In this document: positions 50,565 to 60,712 of the stretch, piece by piece
Numbering within the stretch: the first letter of the stretch is position 1
Layout: each line of letters starts with the position of its first letter
Assembly: GCA_041854705.1 (NCBI GenBank)
Contig: JBHACV010000037.1
Coordinates: 16,749-80,748 of the forward strand
From: Corynebacterium sp.
GTDB taxonomy: Bacteria; Actinomycetota; Actinomycetes; Mycobacteriales; Mycobacteriaceae
Direction: 5' to 3'
Length of the DNA stretch: 64,000 bases
Notes under the pieces: model-generated
Seen by the model: only the letters and a program-made list of their open reading frames with translations
What the model was told of the DNA's origin: nothing
Database searches by the model: none
Translations under genes and position numbers: made by a program

Positions 50565-52301
50565 ATGACACAGCGGACTTCCTTTGGCGCGCTTGTGGTG
50601 GCGATAGTCTCCGCAGTCGCCGTTTTGTTTGCTGGTTTAGTTGCCCCCAAGGCATTGGCGCAAGGCACCGCAAACATTGTTGTTGACTCAGTTACGGTTG
50701 AAAAAACATCTGATAGTGATGGTGAAGAGCTCCGGCGCTGGGATCAGGCTGACATTACCTTTAACTGGCATGCGCCAGATGGGGTAGTTGAAGGCCAGCA
50801 ATTCACCGTGACATACCCAGAGCAGTTCATCGTCTATAAGGATGAGGATTTTGAGCTGATCGCATCTGACGAGTCCGGAGTTGAGAAGAGCGGCGGCACC
50901 TGTTCAGTCGCACACAGCGATCGCACTGTTACTTGTACCTTTAACGGTGAGTTCGAAGACAAAGATGAGGTTAAAGGCTGGCTCAAGACCCGAGTACAGG
51001 CAAAGGAAACTTACGATCAAGACACCACCACTATGCGGGTAGATGGTGATCGTGAAGTAACCGTAGACCTGCCTGGTACACAGGGCATCGTTGGTCCTGA
51101 CACTCGTTTCTTTGGCGAATTCGACAAGCAGGGTTGGTACAACTCTGACGCTAGCAAAGGTGTGTGGACCCTCAACCTGCCTGGTGGCAAGTTAGCAGAA
51201 ACAGGGGTGGGTAACATCACCTTCACCGATACCCTTGATGGTGTTGTGGCGCACAAGTTTGAAGATGAAACCATCGACATGACTGTTGCCGACTACACCT
51301 GTGGTGAGAGCACAGATCCTCATGTCTGTAACTACAAAGAAGGTGAATTTGACAGCCAGTCTGTCAAGATCACTGATCGCAGCATCTCTAATGACGGCAA
51401 GACTGTTACCTTCACCCTGCAGGCTCCTGAGGGCGGCTGGCAGGCTGACCACTACTACCGGGTTCGTTACCACTCTGTTCCAACCGGTGATGTTCCAAGT
51501 GGTTCAACCAATATCACTTCCAACCACGTAACCTCCACGGACATTGCATTCGATGACACTGCCTCCATCTACCGGGAGCAGCATTCCGCTGGTGGCATCC
51601 AAGGTGTTGCTCGTGGCAGCTACCAGGTAAACAAGAAGCTCAGTGATGATTCCGTCAAGCTTCCAGAAGGCACCAAGTTCAACATCAAGGCAACCTACGA
51701 GTTCCGCGGTGAGCAGGTAACTGAGCTCCGTCAGGTTGATGCTAATGGTGCGGTTGCAGGTGAGCGAGAGCTTCCTAATGGCACTGTTGTTACCCTCGAA
51801 GAGATTGATCTGCCTGAAGTTGATGGCATTACTTGGGGTGACCCAGTTTTCGAAGCTGTACCTGGCCATGAAGGCAACGTTGAGATCATCAACGGTGGTA
51901 AGGGCGCAAAGATTACTGTGAAGAGCTCTGACAATGTCGAGGTCAATGTGACTAACAAGCCCTCGAGCGGAAGCACTACTCCTTCCACCACTCCTAGTGA
52001 ACCTTCTACCAGCACAAGCACCACTCCTAACGAGCCATCTACCACTCCTAGCGAGCCATCCACTACTCCTAGCGAGCCATCTTCCAGCACAAGCACCACA
52101 AGCACCACTCCTGGTGGTTCCTCTGGTGGCGGCGGCCTGATCGCCCTGCTGCTGCTGATCCCGCTATTGGCTGGTATTGCTGGTCTGGTAATGCACTTCT
52201 TCCCGCATTTGGCACCGAACTACAATGCACCAGCTGAGCCAGCTCCGGCCCCAGAGCCAGCTCCGGCTCCGGCTCCAAATCCAAAGGCCGTTCCAAAATA
52301 A
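50565..52301 (+). CDS. Cell-surface adhesin-like protein: signal peptide, Ig-like/DUF5979-type domains, S/T/P stalk, C-terminal TM
   Basis: ALA-QG cleavage site; beta-rich domains with Cys pairs; EIDLPEVDGITWGDPVF; TM LIALLLLIPLLAGIAGLVMHFF; no LPxTG. Confidence 0.8.
   Translation: MTQRTSFGALVVAIVSAVAVLFAGLVAPKALAQGTANIVVDSVTVEKTSDSDGEELRRWDQADITFNWHAPDGVVEGQQFTVTYPEQFIVYKDEDFELIASDESGVEKSGGTCSVAHSDRTVTCTFNGEFEDKDEVKGWLKTRVQAKETYDQDTTTMRVDGDREVTVDLPGTQGIVGPDTRFFGEFDKQGWYNSDASKGVWTLNLPGGKLAETGVGNITFTDTLDGVVAHKFEDETIDMTVADYTCGESTDPHVCNYKEGEFDSQSVKITDRSISNDGKTVTFTLQAPEGGWQADHYYRVRYHSVPTGDVPSGSTNITSNHVTSTDIAFDDTASIYREQHSAGGIQGVARGSYQVNKKLSDDSVKLPEGTKFNIKATYEFRGEQVTELRQVDANGAVAGERELPNGTVVTLEEIDLPEVDGITWGDPVFEAVPGHEGNVEIINGGKGAKITVKSSDNVEVNVTNKPSSGSTTPSTTPSEPSTSTSTTPNEPSTTPSEPSTTPSEPSSSTSTTSTTPGGSSGGGGLIALLLLIPLLAGIAGLVMHFFPHLAPNYNAPAEPAPAPEPAPAPAPNPKAVPK
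51987..52082 (+). repeat. 21-nt coding tandem repeat (TTPSEPS)
   Basis: ACCACTCCTAGCGAGCCATCT-like units at 51987, 52020, 52041 and 52062. Confidence 0.85.
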
Positions 52302-52329
52302 GGATTAGTTTCTTAATAGGCCATACCTG

Positions 52330-52360
52330 AAAAGCATCCTGCTTCTGGCAGGATGCTTTT
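52330..52360 (+). terminator. Terminator after the surface-protein gene
   Basis: AAAAGCATCCTGC-ttctg-GCAGGATGCTTTT. Confidence 0.85.
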
Positions 52361-52826
52361 TCTTATGTTCAGTGTGACCTATTGTGCAGACCACAAGTAC
52401 TTAGTCATTTGTAGATTAAGCAACTCGGGAAAGCATTGGTGAGGTACTAGTTTCGGATGAGACTTAACGGCCTGTCACTGCGATTTAGAGGTTCTTCTGG
52501 CTTTGAGATGAGGCCTGGAGATTCTAGGGGTGATGGATTCTTTTCGGGCTGGGTTTGAAGTTAGGACGGGGAATCGAGCTGCTCATCTGTATTTGCCAAG
52601 ACAAGTTGGGGCAATCCACCCCTAAGAAGCAGCTTGATTCTTCAGCTGTGCCCCCAGAGCTCCTACGACTCATTTGCTTAAACCCCGCCAACTGTCCTGA
52701 GTAAAACACAATGCTTGGTGTTGGTCATGCTGGCTGTGGCCTATGTTTGATGCGTGCCTGGCTGTTTCTCGCAGCACCGCAGGTTTTCTTGAGTTGCCTA
52801 GAATCTGGTTGCTAGGGATAGCACGC

Positions 52827-52870
52827 AAAAAATTCCTTGTGAAGGTTAGTCGTATTACCTTCACAAGGAA
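52827..52870 (-). terminator. Terminator of glgE-glgB
   Basis: TTCCTTGTGAAGGT-10 nt-ACCTTCACAAGGAA with U6 on - strand. Confidence 0.85.
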
Positions 52871-52893
52871 CTTTTAAGTGTTTAGATCTTGTG

Positions 52894-55098
52894 CTAGCCG
52901 TTCCAACGGTAGAACTGACCACTCATCGCGGGGATGTGGAGGGTGACAGAGTGTTCATACCCATCCCAGCCGGTATCCCAAGCGACAACTTCCTGTTCTA
53001 GGGGATTGTTTGCCCCCTGATAGGTACCAGCATCGGTATTGAGGATGCACTCCCAGTTGCCTGATTCTGGTACACCAAGCTTATAGTTCGGCTGTGAGGT
53101 GCCACCAAGATTGAATACACAGAGGATTTTTTCACCAGTGGAGGAGTAGCGGATGAAAGCTAGAATGTTGTTCTGCGCATCATCAGACTTAGCCCACGTG
53201 AAGCCATCTGGAGTGTTGTCTTGTGTGAACAATGCTGGGGTATCAATATAAAGGCTATTCAGATCCTTGACCAGTTGGGTGATGCCCTCGTGGTATTCGC
53301 CTTCCCAACCAACCATGTCATCCCAATCGAGAGAGCGGCTTTCGCTCCATTCCAGAACCTGTCCAAATTCTTGTCCTTGGAACAGTAGTTTCTTACCGGG
53401 GTGAGCATACATGTAGGCATATAGGGTGCGTAGACCGGCAGCCTTATTCCAAGCGTCGCCTGGCATGCGGTTCCATAGGGAGCCTTTACCGTGGACGACC
53501 TCATCATGGCTAAACGGCAAGCAATAGTGCTCTGAATAGGCATAGACCATTGAGAAGGTGATCTCGTTATGGTGGTAGGAACGGTGAACTGGATCTTTGG
53601 AGAAGTACTCCAAGGTGTCATTCATCCAGCCCATATTCCACTTGAGATTAAACCCTAGACCATTAAAGTCGGTGGGGGCAGTAACACCTGGCCATGAGGT
53701 GGATTCTTCTGCAATGGTAAGCACACCCGCATGCAGTTTGTGTACTGTGGCGTTCATTTCCTGTAGGAACTGGACGGCTTCGAGATGCTCTCGACCACCG
53801 TATTGGTTGGGCTCCCACTCACCGTCGTTACGGGAGTAGTCGAGGTAAAGCATGGAAGCGACCGCATCGACCCGCAGGCCATCAACGTGGAATTCTTCTA
53901 GCCAGTAGAGCGCGTTGGCTACCAAGAAGTTGCGGACCTCATTACGACCAAAGTTGAACACATAGGTACCCCAGTCTTTTTGCTCACCGCGGCGCCAGTC
54001 AGGGTGCTCATACAGCGGTTGACCGTCAAAGCGACCGAGGGCGAAGTCATCCTTCGGGAAGTGTGCAGGTACCCAGTCAACGATGACACCAATGCCTTCA
54101 GCATGGAAGGCGTCGATAAGCTCGCGTAGTTCATCAGGTTCGCCCCACCGTGCAGTGGGGGTGAAATAACCAGTGACCTGGTAGCCCCAAGAACCGCCGA
54201 AAGGGTGTTCCATGACTGGCAAGAATTCGACATGGGTATAACCCATATCCTTGACGTAGGCGACTAGTTCGGTAGCAAGTTCTTTATAGCCAAGTTCACG
54301 GCGCCATGAGCCAAGGTGTACTTCGTAGATACTCATGGGGGTGGTGGAATGATCGGTTTCAGCCCGTTTGTCTAGCCACTCTTGGTCATTCCACTTGTAG
54401 TTGGAGTGAGTGACGATGGAACCGGTGCGGGGTGGTACTTCTGAACGGCGTGCCAGTGGGTCGGCCTTGTCGAGGCGCCAACCTTCCTGGGTATGAATCG
54501 CATATTTGTACACCTGTCCATCACCGATACCGGGGATGAAGATTTCCCAGATGCCAGAGCTGCCCAAACTACGCATTGGGAATTGATTTGGATTCCACCC
54601 ACAGAAATCACCGATCACAGCAACACCAGCAGCATTGGGTGCCCACACGGCAAACCGGGTGCCAGTGACTTCGCCAAAACCAGGCACCTCAATGCTGGTG
54701 ATATGGGAACCCAGAACCTTCCACAGTTTTTCGTGCCGTCCCTCACGAATGAGGTATAGGTCTAGCTCGCCAAGCGTGGGAAGGAAGCTATAAGGATCGA
54801 ATAAATCAATGACTGCATCATCAGCCCATGTGACCCGGAGACCATAGCCTGGGTTGTCAGCGCTGTTGGGAAGCAGCGTACCGAATATGTCATCTCCCAG
54901 TGGCTCCAGTTCAGTAGCTGCACCGTCAGCAGCAACAAGTTCAACTTTTTGTGCACCGATTTGGCGGGTTCGGACCACCACGTCACCGTTTTCTAGTGGG
55001 TGCCAGCCGTAAATAGAATGGGGGTCATAGTGGCGGCATTGGGTCAAAAGCGCGCGATCATGATTGTCAATGGTCATGGGGCTTGGAGTATTGGTCAT
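52894..55098 (-). CDS. glgB: 1,4-alpha-glucan branching enzyme
   Basis: IYEVHLGSW, WGYQVTGYF, DWVPAHF, DGLRVDAVASM, IAEEST, SHDEVVHGKGS. Confidence 0.97.
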   Translation of the reverse strand: MTNTPSPMTIDNHDRALLTQCRHYDPHSIYGWHPLENGDVVVRTRQIGAQKVELVAADGAATELEPLGDDIFGTLLPNSADNPGYGLRVTWADDAVIDLFDPYSFLPTLGELDLYLIREGRHEKLWKVLGSHITSIEVPGFGEVTGTRFAVWAPNAAGVAVIGDFCGWNPNQFPMRSLGSSGIWEIFIPGIGDGQVYKYAIHTQEGWRLDKADPLARRSEVPPRTGSIVTHSNYKWNDQEWLDKRAETDHSTTPMSIYEVHLGSWRRELGYKELATELVAYVKDMGYTHVEFLPVMEHPFGGSWGYQVTGYFTPTARWGEPDELRELIDAFHAEGIGVIVDWVPAHFPKDDFALGRFDGQPLYEHPDWRRGEQKDWGTYVFNFGRNEVRNFLVANALYWLEEFHVDGLRVDAVASMLYLDYSRNDGEWEPNQYGGREHLEAVQFLQEMNATVHKLHAGVLTIAEESTSWPGVTAPTDFNGLGFNLKWNMGWMNDTLEYFSKDPVHRSYHHNEITFSMVYAYSEHYCLPFSHDEVVHGKGSLWNRMPGDAWNKAAGLRTLYAYMYAHPGKKLLFQGQEFGQVLEWSESRSLDWDDMVGWEGEYHEGITQLVKDLNSLYIDTPALFTQDNTPDGFTWAKSDDAQNNILAFIRYSSTGEKILCVFNLGGTSQPNYKLGVPESGNWECILNTDAGTYQGANNPLEQEVVAWDTGWDGYEHSVTLHIPAMSGQFYRWNG

Positions 55099-55246
55099 AG
55101 CGTTGAACTCGTTTCTGTTGTTAGTGCGGAGGACGAACCCAAGATGGTTTTAACGCTACCGTGGAAATCCATCGTAGGCGCGGCCTTTGCGGTTTCTTTA
55201 CTGAAATCAGCCCTTCAGTAAAGAAACCGAGGTTGGTCTTGAAGGA

Positions 55247-57280
55247 TTAGGGACGGTAATCGTGGGCATCACGTTCCCGAATCTTGGCTAAGGCTGCACC
55301 TTCGACCTTTGGCAAAGTCAAGATATGTGCGACATCTTGGTTGGGATCCAAGCGGACATAGTTCCTCCCAGACCAATGAAAATCTTGCTCAGAAATCAAA
55401 TCGTGCACTTCAAAGTGTCCATCATAGGGAAGGCCGATCTTGTCCATGCGTAGCTCGACTGTGGCTTCCTGCGCGTGGTAAGGATCAAGGTTGATAACCA
55501 CCAAAATTGCATCACCAGTGACCGGATCAACTTTGGTAAAGGCCAAAATCTGGTCGTTATCAACATTGTGGAAATCAATCTGGCGCAACTGCTGTAAAGC
55601 AGGATGTTCCCTGCGAATTGTATTGAGCAAGGTGATGAATGGTTCCAAGGAATCACCAGAAGCAAGGGCACCAGCATAGTCCCGTGGACGCAACTCGTAC
55701 TTTTCGGAATTGAGATATTCTTCGCTGCCAGGTGCTACAGCTTCATGTTCATACAGTTCGTAGCCGGAGTATACACCCCACAATGGTGACATGGTTGCAG
55801 CTAAGGCCGCACGAATAGCAAACATTGCCCGACCACCATACTGTAACGAGGCATGCAGAATATCCGGGGTATTCACGAACAGGTTTGGTCGGCAGACGTC
55901 GCTCATAGCGGCGATTTCCGTGGCGAATTCCTGCAATTCATACTTGCTGGTTTTCCAGGTGAAGTACGTATAGGACTGCGAAAATCCGACTTTGGCTAAA
56001 CCATAGAGCCGAGCTGGGCGGGTGAAAGCTTCAGCTAAGAAGATAATTTCTGGATTGGTTTCATGAACCTTAGCAATCAGCCAATGCCAAAAATTCGTGG
56101 GCTTGGTGTGGGGGTTGTCCACACGGAACACGGTAACCCCAAGCTCAATCCAATGCATCACAACCCGATAGAGCTCTTTGTAGATAGACTTCGGGTTATT
56201 ATCAAAGTTCAGCGGATAGATATCCTGGTACTTCTTTGGTGGGTTTTCGGCATAAGCGATGGTGCCATCAGCAAGCACAGTGAAGAAATCACGGTGCGTT
56301 TTCGCCCAAGGGTGGTCTGGGGCTGCTTGTAGTGCAAGGTCGAGAGCCACTTCTAGGTTCAGTTCTTTGGCACGCTCAAGCAAAGCCTTAAAGTCATCAA
56401 CAGTGCCAAGCTCTGGATGCAGGGCATCATGTCCGCCTTCTTCCGAGCCAATGGCCCACGGCGAACCGACATCACCTGGTTCTGGGTTCAAGGTATTGTT
56501 GCGGCCCTTGCGGTTGATTGCTCCAATGGGATGAATCGGTGGGAAATACACTGTGTCGAATCCCATCGCTGCTACCCGGTCCAATGCTTGGGCGGTAGTG
56601 GCAAAGGTGCCATGAACCGGGTTACCATTCTCATCCCAACCGCCAGTCGAACGGGGGAACAATTCATACCACGAGTTAACCAATGCGGCCCGACGTTCCA
56701 CACTGACTGCATGCTCATGGCCGGTAGTTACCAGCTCCCGGAGCGGGTGCTCGCTTAAAATTTCGAGAACCTCTGACGAAAGACCAGGTGCCACCCGGGC
56801 CCGCAGTGGGGTATCAGAGCGTAGTTCTTCCGCAACTGCGAGTAATGCTTGTTTCTGTACTTTATTAGAAACTTGCTTTGCGGCTTTTTCGAACAGTAGC
56901 GCGCCATGCTCCAGATCATTAGCCAGTTCCTCTGGACCTTGGCCTGCTTCGATCTTCTTAGTCACCGCATGTCGCCATGTTTGCATGGGGTCGCTCCACG
57001 CATCAATCCTAAAAGTCCATGTGCCAGGAACATCAGGGACAAAGAATGCGTGTACGAGATCTTGATCGAACTCGTCTTGGTGCATAGCAATGCGCATGGG
57101 GCTTGCGGCTATATTCGATTCCGCTGGCCCATTGACCTGCAAGGTCGCAGCGATGGCATCGTGACCTTCGCGCCACACTTGCGCACTGACCGGGACCAAT
57201 TCCCCCACAACTGCTTTAGTGGGGAAGGTTCGGTGGGAGATTTGAGGGCGAACGTCTTCAATGGCGAGTCTTCCAGTCAC
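55247..57280 (-). CDS. glgE: Maltose-1-phosphate maltosyltransferase
   Basis: WYELFPRS, GSPWAIGS, YAENPPKKYQDIY, FRVDNPHTKP, FVNTPDIL. Confidence 0.96.
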   Translation of the reverse strand: MTGRLAIEDVRPQISHRTFPTKAVVGELVPVSAQVWREGHDAIAATLQVNGPAESNIAASPMRIAMHQDEFDQDLVHAFFVPDVPGTWTFRIDAWSDPMQTWRHAVTKKIEAGQGPEELANDLEHGALLFEKAAKQVSNKVQKQALLAVAEELRSDTPLRARVAPGLSSEVLEILSEHPLRELVTTGHEHAVSVERRAALVNSWYELFPRSTGGWDENGNPVHGTFATTAQALDRVAAMGFDTVYFPPIHPIGAINRKGRNNTLNPEPGDVGSPWAIGSEEGGHDALHPELGTVDDFKALLERAKELNLEVALDLALQAAPDHPWAKTHRDFFTVLADGTIAYAENPPKKYQDIYPLNFDNNPKSIYKELYRVVMHWIELGVTVFRVDNPHTKPTNFWHWLIAKVHETNPEIIFLAEAFTRPARLYGLAKVGFSQSYTYFTWKTSKYELQEFATEIAAMSDVCRPNLFVNTPDILHASLQYGGRAMFAIRAALAATMSPLWGVYSGYELYEHEAVAPGSEEYLNSEKYELRPRDYAGALASGDSLEPFITLLNTIRREHPALQQLRQIDFHNVDNDQILAFTKVDPVTGDAILVVINLDPYHAQEATVELRMDKIGLPYDGHFEVHDLISEQDFHWSGRNYVRLDPNQDVAHILTLPKVEGAALAKIRERDAHDYRP

Positions 57281-57601
57281 GATATTTCGCTTTCACTGCT
57301 AGATTGACATGATTTATTCTATGAAATTGTTTGGTTGAACTAGTGTAGTTAGTTCTAGTATGCCCTTGAATACCCTGCAGTGTGTTATGTAGGGGTACCG
57401 AGAGATTTCTCACAGTTTGGTTTTGCCTACTGTGAATTAACTTTGGCATAAAACTGCACCTTTGATTACTGGCTGCTGTTTATGCAAACAAACAAGCGTG
57501 ACATCAAACGGGGTAATCGATTCGATTGCACTCTTTCCCCCAACAGTAGTCACATTGTGGGAATTCTTCCGTAGTAACCAGATTTACGTCATGATAGATA
57601 C

Positions 57602-58474
57602 ATGAACAACACCGCGTCTTCCTTACCAGAAAGCTCAGAGGCGCTCACCTCAGAGCAAGTAGATCCTGATCTATTGATTAATTTTGAAAATGTTTCCTTC
57701 ATTCGTGATGGTCGTGCCCTGCTAAATAATGTCACCTGGCAAGTAGAACTTGATGAGCGGTGGGTCATTGTCGGGCCCAATGGTGCAGGCAAAACCACCT
57801 TGATGCGACTGGCCTCGGCAGAAGAATTTCCTTCCAAAGGAAAGATTTGGTTAATGGGGGAGCGAGTCGGAAAAACCGATATGCGTGACCTGCGCTCAAT
57901 GATCGGTATTTCATCGGCAGCTTTAGCCAATCGCATTCCAAATGAGGAAAAAGTAGACGACCTTGTTGTATCTGCAGGTTATGCCATCTTGGGTCGTTGG
58001 CGGGAAGAATATGAAGAAGTAGACCTAGATCGAGCTGCCGGGATCCTGGAACAAGTAGGCGCAATGCATCTCGGTCAGCGAACCTGGGGCACACTCAGCG
58101 AAGGCGAACGCAAGCGGGTGTTAGTTGCCCGAGCATTGATGTCTGACCCCGAACTGCTCCTACTTGATGAACCTGGTGCGGGAATGGATCTCGGGGGCCG
58201 AGAAGACTTGGTGTTTTATTTAGGCAGCCTCGCCCTTGATGCAGATGCACCAGCGATTGTCATGATTACCCATCATGTGGAAGAGATTCCGCGGGGCTTT
58301 ACCCACGCCCTATTGCTTGATGAAGGCGAGGTTGTAGCCCAAGGATTGATTGAAGATGTACTCACCTCCGAGAATCTGACTAAAACCTTCCATCAGTCGA
58401 TTAGGGTGGATCAGATTCAGGGGCGATTCTTCGCGCAGCGGTCCTATACCGGCGGCAATCACCGCGCATCATAA
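57602..58474 (+). CDS. ABC transporter ATP-binding protein (ModF-like)
   Basis: GPNGAGKT, LSEGERKR, LLLDEP, ITHH. Confidence 0.9.
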   Translation: MNNTASSLPESSEALTSEQVDPDLLINFENVSFIRDGRALLNNVTWQVELDERWVIVGPNGAGKTTLMRLASAEEFPSKGKIWLMGERVGKTDMRDLRSMIGISSAALANRIPNEEKVDDLVVSAGYAILGRWREEYEEVDLDRAAGILEQVGAMHLGQRTWGTLSEGERKRVLVARALMSDPELLLLDEPGAGMDLGGREDLVFYLGSLALDADAPAIVMITHHVEEIPRGFTHALLLDEGEVVAQGLIEDVLTSENLTKTFHQSIRVDQIQGRFFAQRSYTGGNHRAS

Positions 58475-58565
58475 TCAGACTAGGCAACCACACTCTTTGG
58501 TAATTAAGAGGTATTGAAAGCTTCGGTATGCTTATGTGAAAACTTTGGTTGGGAGGTGATCTCGC

Positions 58566-59378
58566 ATGGCTCGATTAGTGGAGGGCCACGGTGGCGCAAA
58601 GCTGGCTGTAACTGTCGTATTAGTGCGTGACAGCCCTACTGGTCTTGAGGTTTATGTTCAAGAGCGGGTCTCCTCCATGCCGACTTTTCCCAACACCACA
58701 GTATTTCCGGGCGGCGGAGTTGACCCGCGTGATTTTGAAATCCTCGGTCCACCTTCCGATCTGCTTCGATCAGATCCAACATGGTCTGGTCCAGATCTGG
58801 ATGAGTGGGCCAGCCGGTTGCGCACCGATCGTTCCAAAGCTCGGGCACTACTGCTGGCCGCCTGCCGAGAATTATTTGAAGAATCTGGCACCTTATTAGC
58901 AGCCCACGCCAATGGCGACCTGATAACCGACGCCACCCCATTTCATTCCCAACGCTTAGCACTAGAATCCCATCGCCTTTCCTTTTCCCAAGTGCTGGCT
59001 CGCAATAACCTTGTGGTGCGAACCGACTTGCTTCAACCCTGTGCGCGGTGGATTAGCCCAAAAACCGACGTTCACCAATTTGACATGTACTCCTTTGTAG
59101 CAATCCACCCTGAAGGCCAAGAAGCTGATGGCAACACCAGTGAAGCTGCCTCAACTGGGTGGTTTTCCCCCTCCCTGATCCTTGACGGATGGCGTGCCGG
59201 ACTATTGCGACTGGTAATCCCCACGTGGGCGCATATGCTGCTGTTGGCAGAACATGACACTGTTGATTCACTTTTAACGGCCATTGCTGACCATTCGATG
59301 GATCCAGTGATCGGTGATCCCAGCGAAGACCCCCGGTATCATGAATTCTATAACTACACGCCTCCGAAGCGATTCTGA
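58566..59378 (+). CDS. NUDIX hydrolase
   Basis: FPGGGVD...AACRELFEESG split Nudix box. Confidence 0.85.
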   Translation: MARLVEGHGGAKLAVTVVLVRDSPTGLEVYVQERVSSMPTFPNTTVFPGGGVDPRDFEILGPPSDLLRSDPTWSGPDLDEWASRLRTDRSKARALLLAACRELFEESGTLLAAHANGDLITDATPFHSQRLALESHRLSFSQVLARNNLVVRTDLLQPCARWISPKTDVHQFDMYSFVAIHPEGQEADGNTSEAASTGWFSPSLILDGWRAGLLRLVIPTWAHMLLLAEHDTVDSLLTAIADHSMDPVIGDPSEDPRYHEFYNYTPPKRF

Positions 59379-59396
59379 TAGACAAGCGAGCAATAG

Positions 59397-60563
59397 GTGA
59401 GCTTTAGCCCTGATGAGGTTTGGTTTTTACGCGACCACCAACCAGAGATCAACCAGCAATTAATGCAGTGTGGATTAAACAAAAAGTCGGCCTTTACCGA
59501 CGCACAGCTACTGCGATCGGCATTCGGTGATTATGGCAGAGCTGTAATGGAATTAGGCACTGCACGGTATAAGGCAGCCGGAAAATTACCACATACTTGG
59601 TTAATGTGCCATGATTCCGCCCAACAAGCGACTCCCATGACGGTGGCACAAGTACGGGCACAGCGCATTAAGGCACAATTCCCCGAAGCCCTAGTCCATG
59701 ACGTCACTTGCTCTATCGGTACCGAAGGTGTGGCTTGCATTGCGAATAATGTGGAATATATTGGATCTGATCTTGACTTTTCGCGGGTACTCATGGCCCA
59801 AGCAAACATACCATCTGGCATATTTCTTCTTGCCGACGCACTACGGTCGCCCATTCGGGCATCGGTAGTGATTGCAGACCCAGCTCGGCGCACCAGTGGA
59901 CGTCGAATAGCAAGGCCAGAGGAGCTATTGCCACCATTACCAGATTTATTAGCCGCACATGATAAAACCCCAATTGCAGTCAAATGCGCTCCCGGATTGG
60001 ATTTTTCTTCTTGGCCAGGATTAGTCAGCGTGGTTAGCGTCGATGGTGGGGTAAAAGAAGCCTGCCTATATTCCCCAGAATTTATCAAACAGTGGCGTAG
60101 AGAAGCGGTCGTGCTAAAAACTACCGCCTCTGGCGAGACTACTCAAGATCTCATTCATGACGCCATGTGTGATGATATTGATGCTGGTCCCATCGGCCAG
60201 TATGTGATTGATCCAGATGGTGCGATAGTACGAGCAGGACTGGTGCGTCACTATGGTTACCGGGAAGGATTATGGATGCTCGATGAGCGGGTCGCATATT
60301 TAACCGGCCCGCAGATTCCCGCCGGTGCTAGTGGATTTGAGTATTTAGAGACAGTACCAATAAAGAAACTCAAAACCGCACTGCGTTCCCATAATTGCGG
60401 ATCAGTAGAAATCTTAGTGCGTGGGGTAGCGGTTGACCCCGACGAGTTGCGGAAACGGCTAGCCTTAAAAGGGTCGGTACCACGGACAGTGGTACTTACC
60501 CGAATCGGGTCCACTGCTGTGGCATTGGTGTGCCGAGCGCGGGAGACGACAACTAGTGAATAG
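59397..60563 (+). CDS. SAM-dependent methyltransferase with THUMP-like domain
   Basis: VHDVTCSIGTEG, ADPARR, VKCAPG, DPDGAIVRAGLV. Confidence 0.82.
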   Translation: MSFSPDEVWFLRDHQPEINQQLMQCGLNKKSAFTDAQLLRSAFGDYGRAVMELGTARYKAAGKLPHTWLMCHDSAQQATPMTVAQVRAQRIKAQFPEALVHDVTCSIGTEGVACIANNVEYIGSDLDFSRVLMAQANIPSGIFLLADALRSPIRASVVIADPARRTSGRRIARPEELLPPLPDLLAAHDKTPIAVKCAPGLDFSSWPGLVSVVSVDGGVKEACLYSPEFIKQWRREAVVLKTTASGETTQDLIHDAMCDDIDAGPIGQYVIDPDGAIVRAGLVRHYGYREGLWMLDERVAYLTGPQIPAGASGFEYLETVPIKKLKTALRSHNCGSVEILVRGVAVDPDELRKRLALKGSVPRTVVLTRIGSTAVALVCRARETTTSE

Positions 60564-60712
60564 AACTCCGCTTCGGCTCCGTGTTTATCGGCGCAGTGAG
60601 CTAGACTTTTGCAAGATACCCGCTCAGCTTTTCTAACTAGCAGGTCGGGTGTGGCACCCGTTAGGTGCTTTTACGGTTGTACGAAACACATCGAAAGGTG
60701 AGTGACAAGCCC

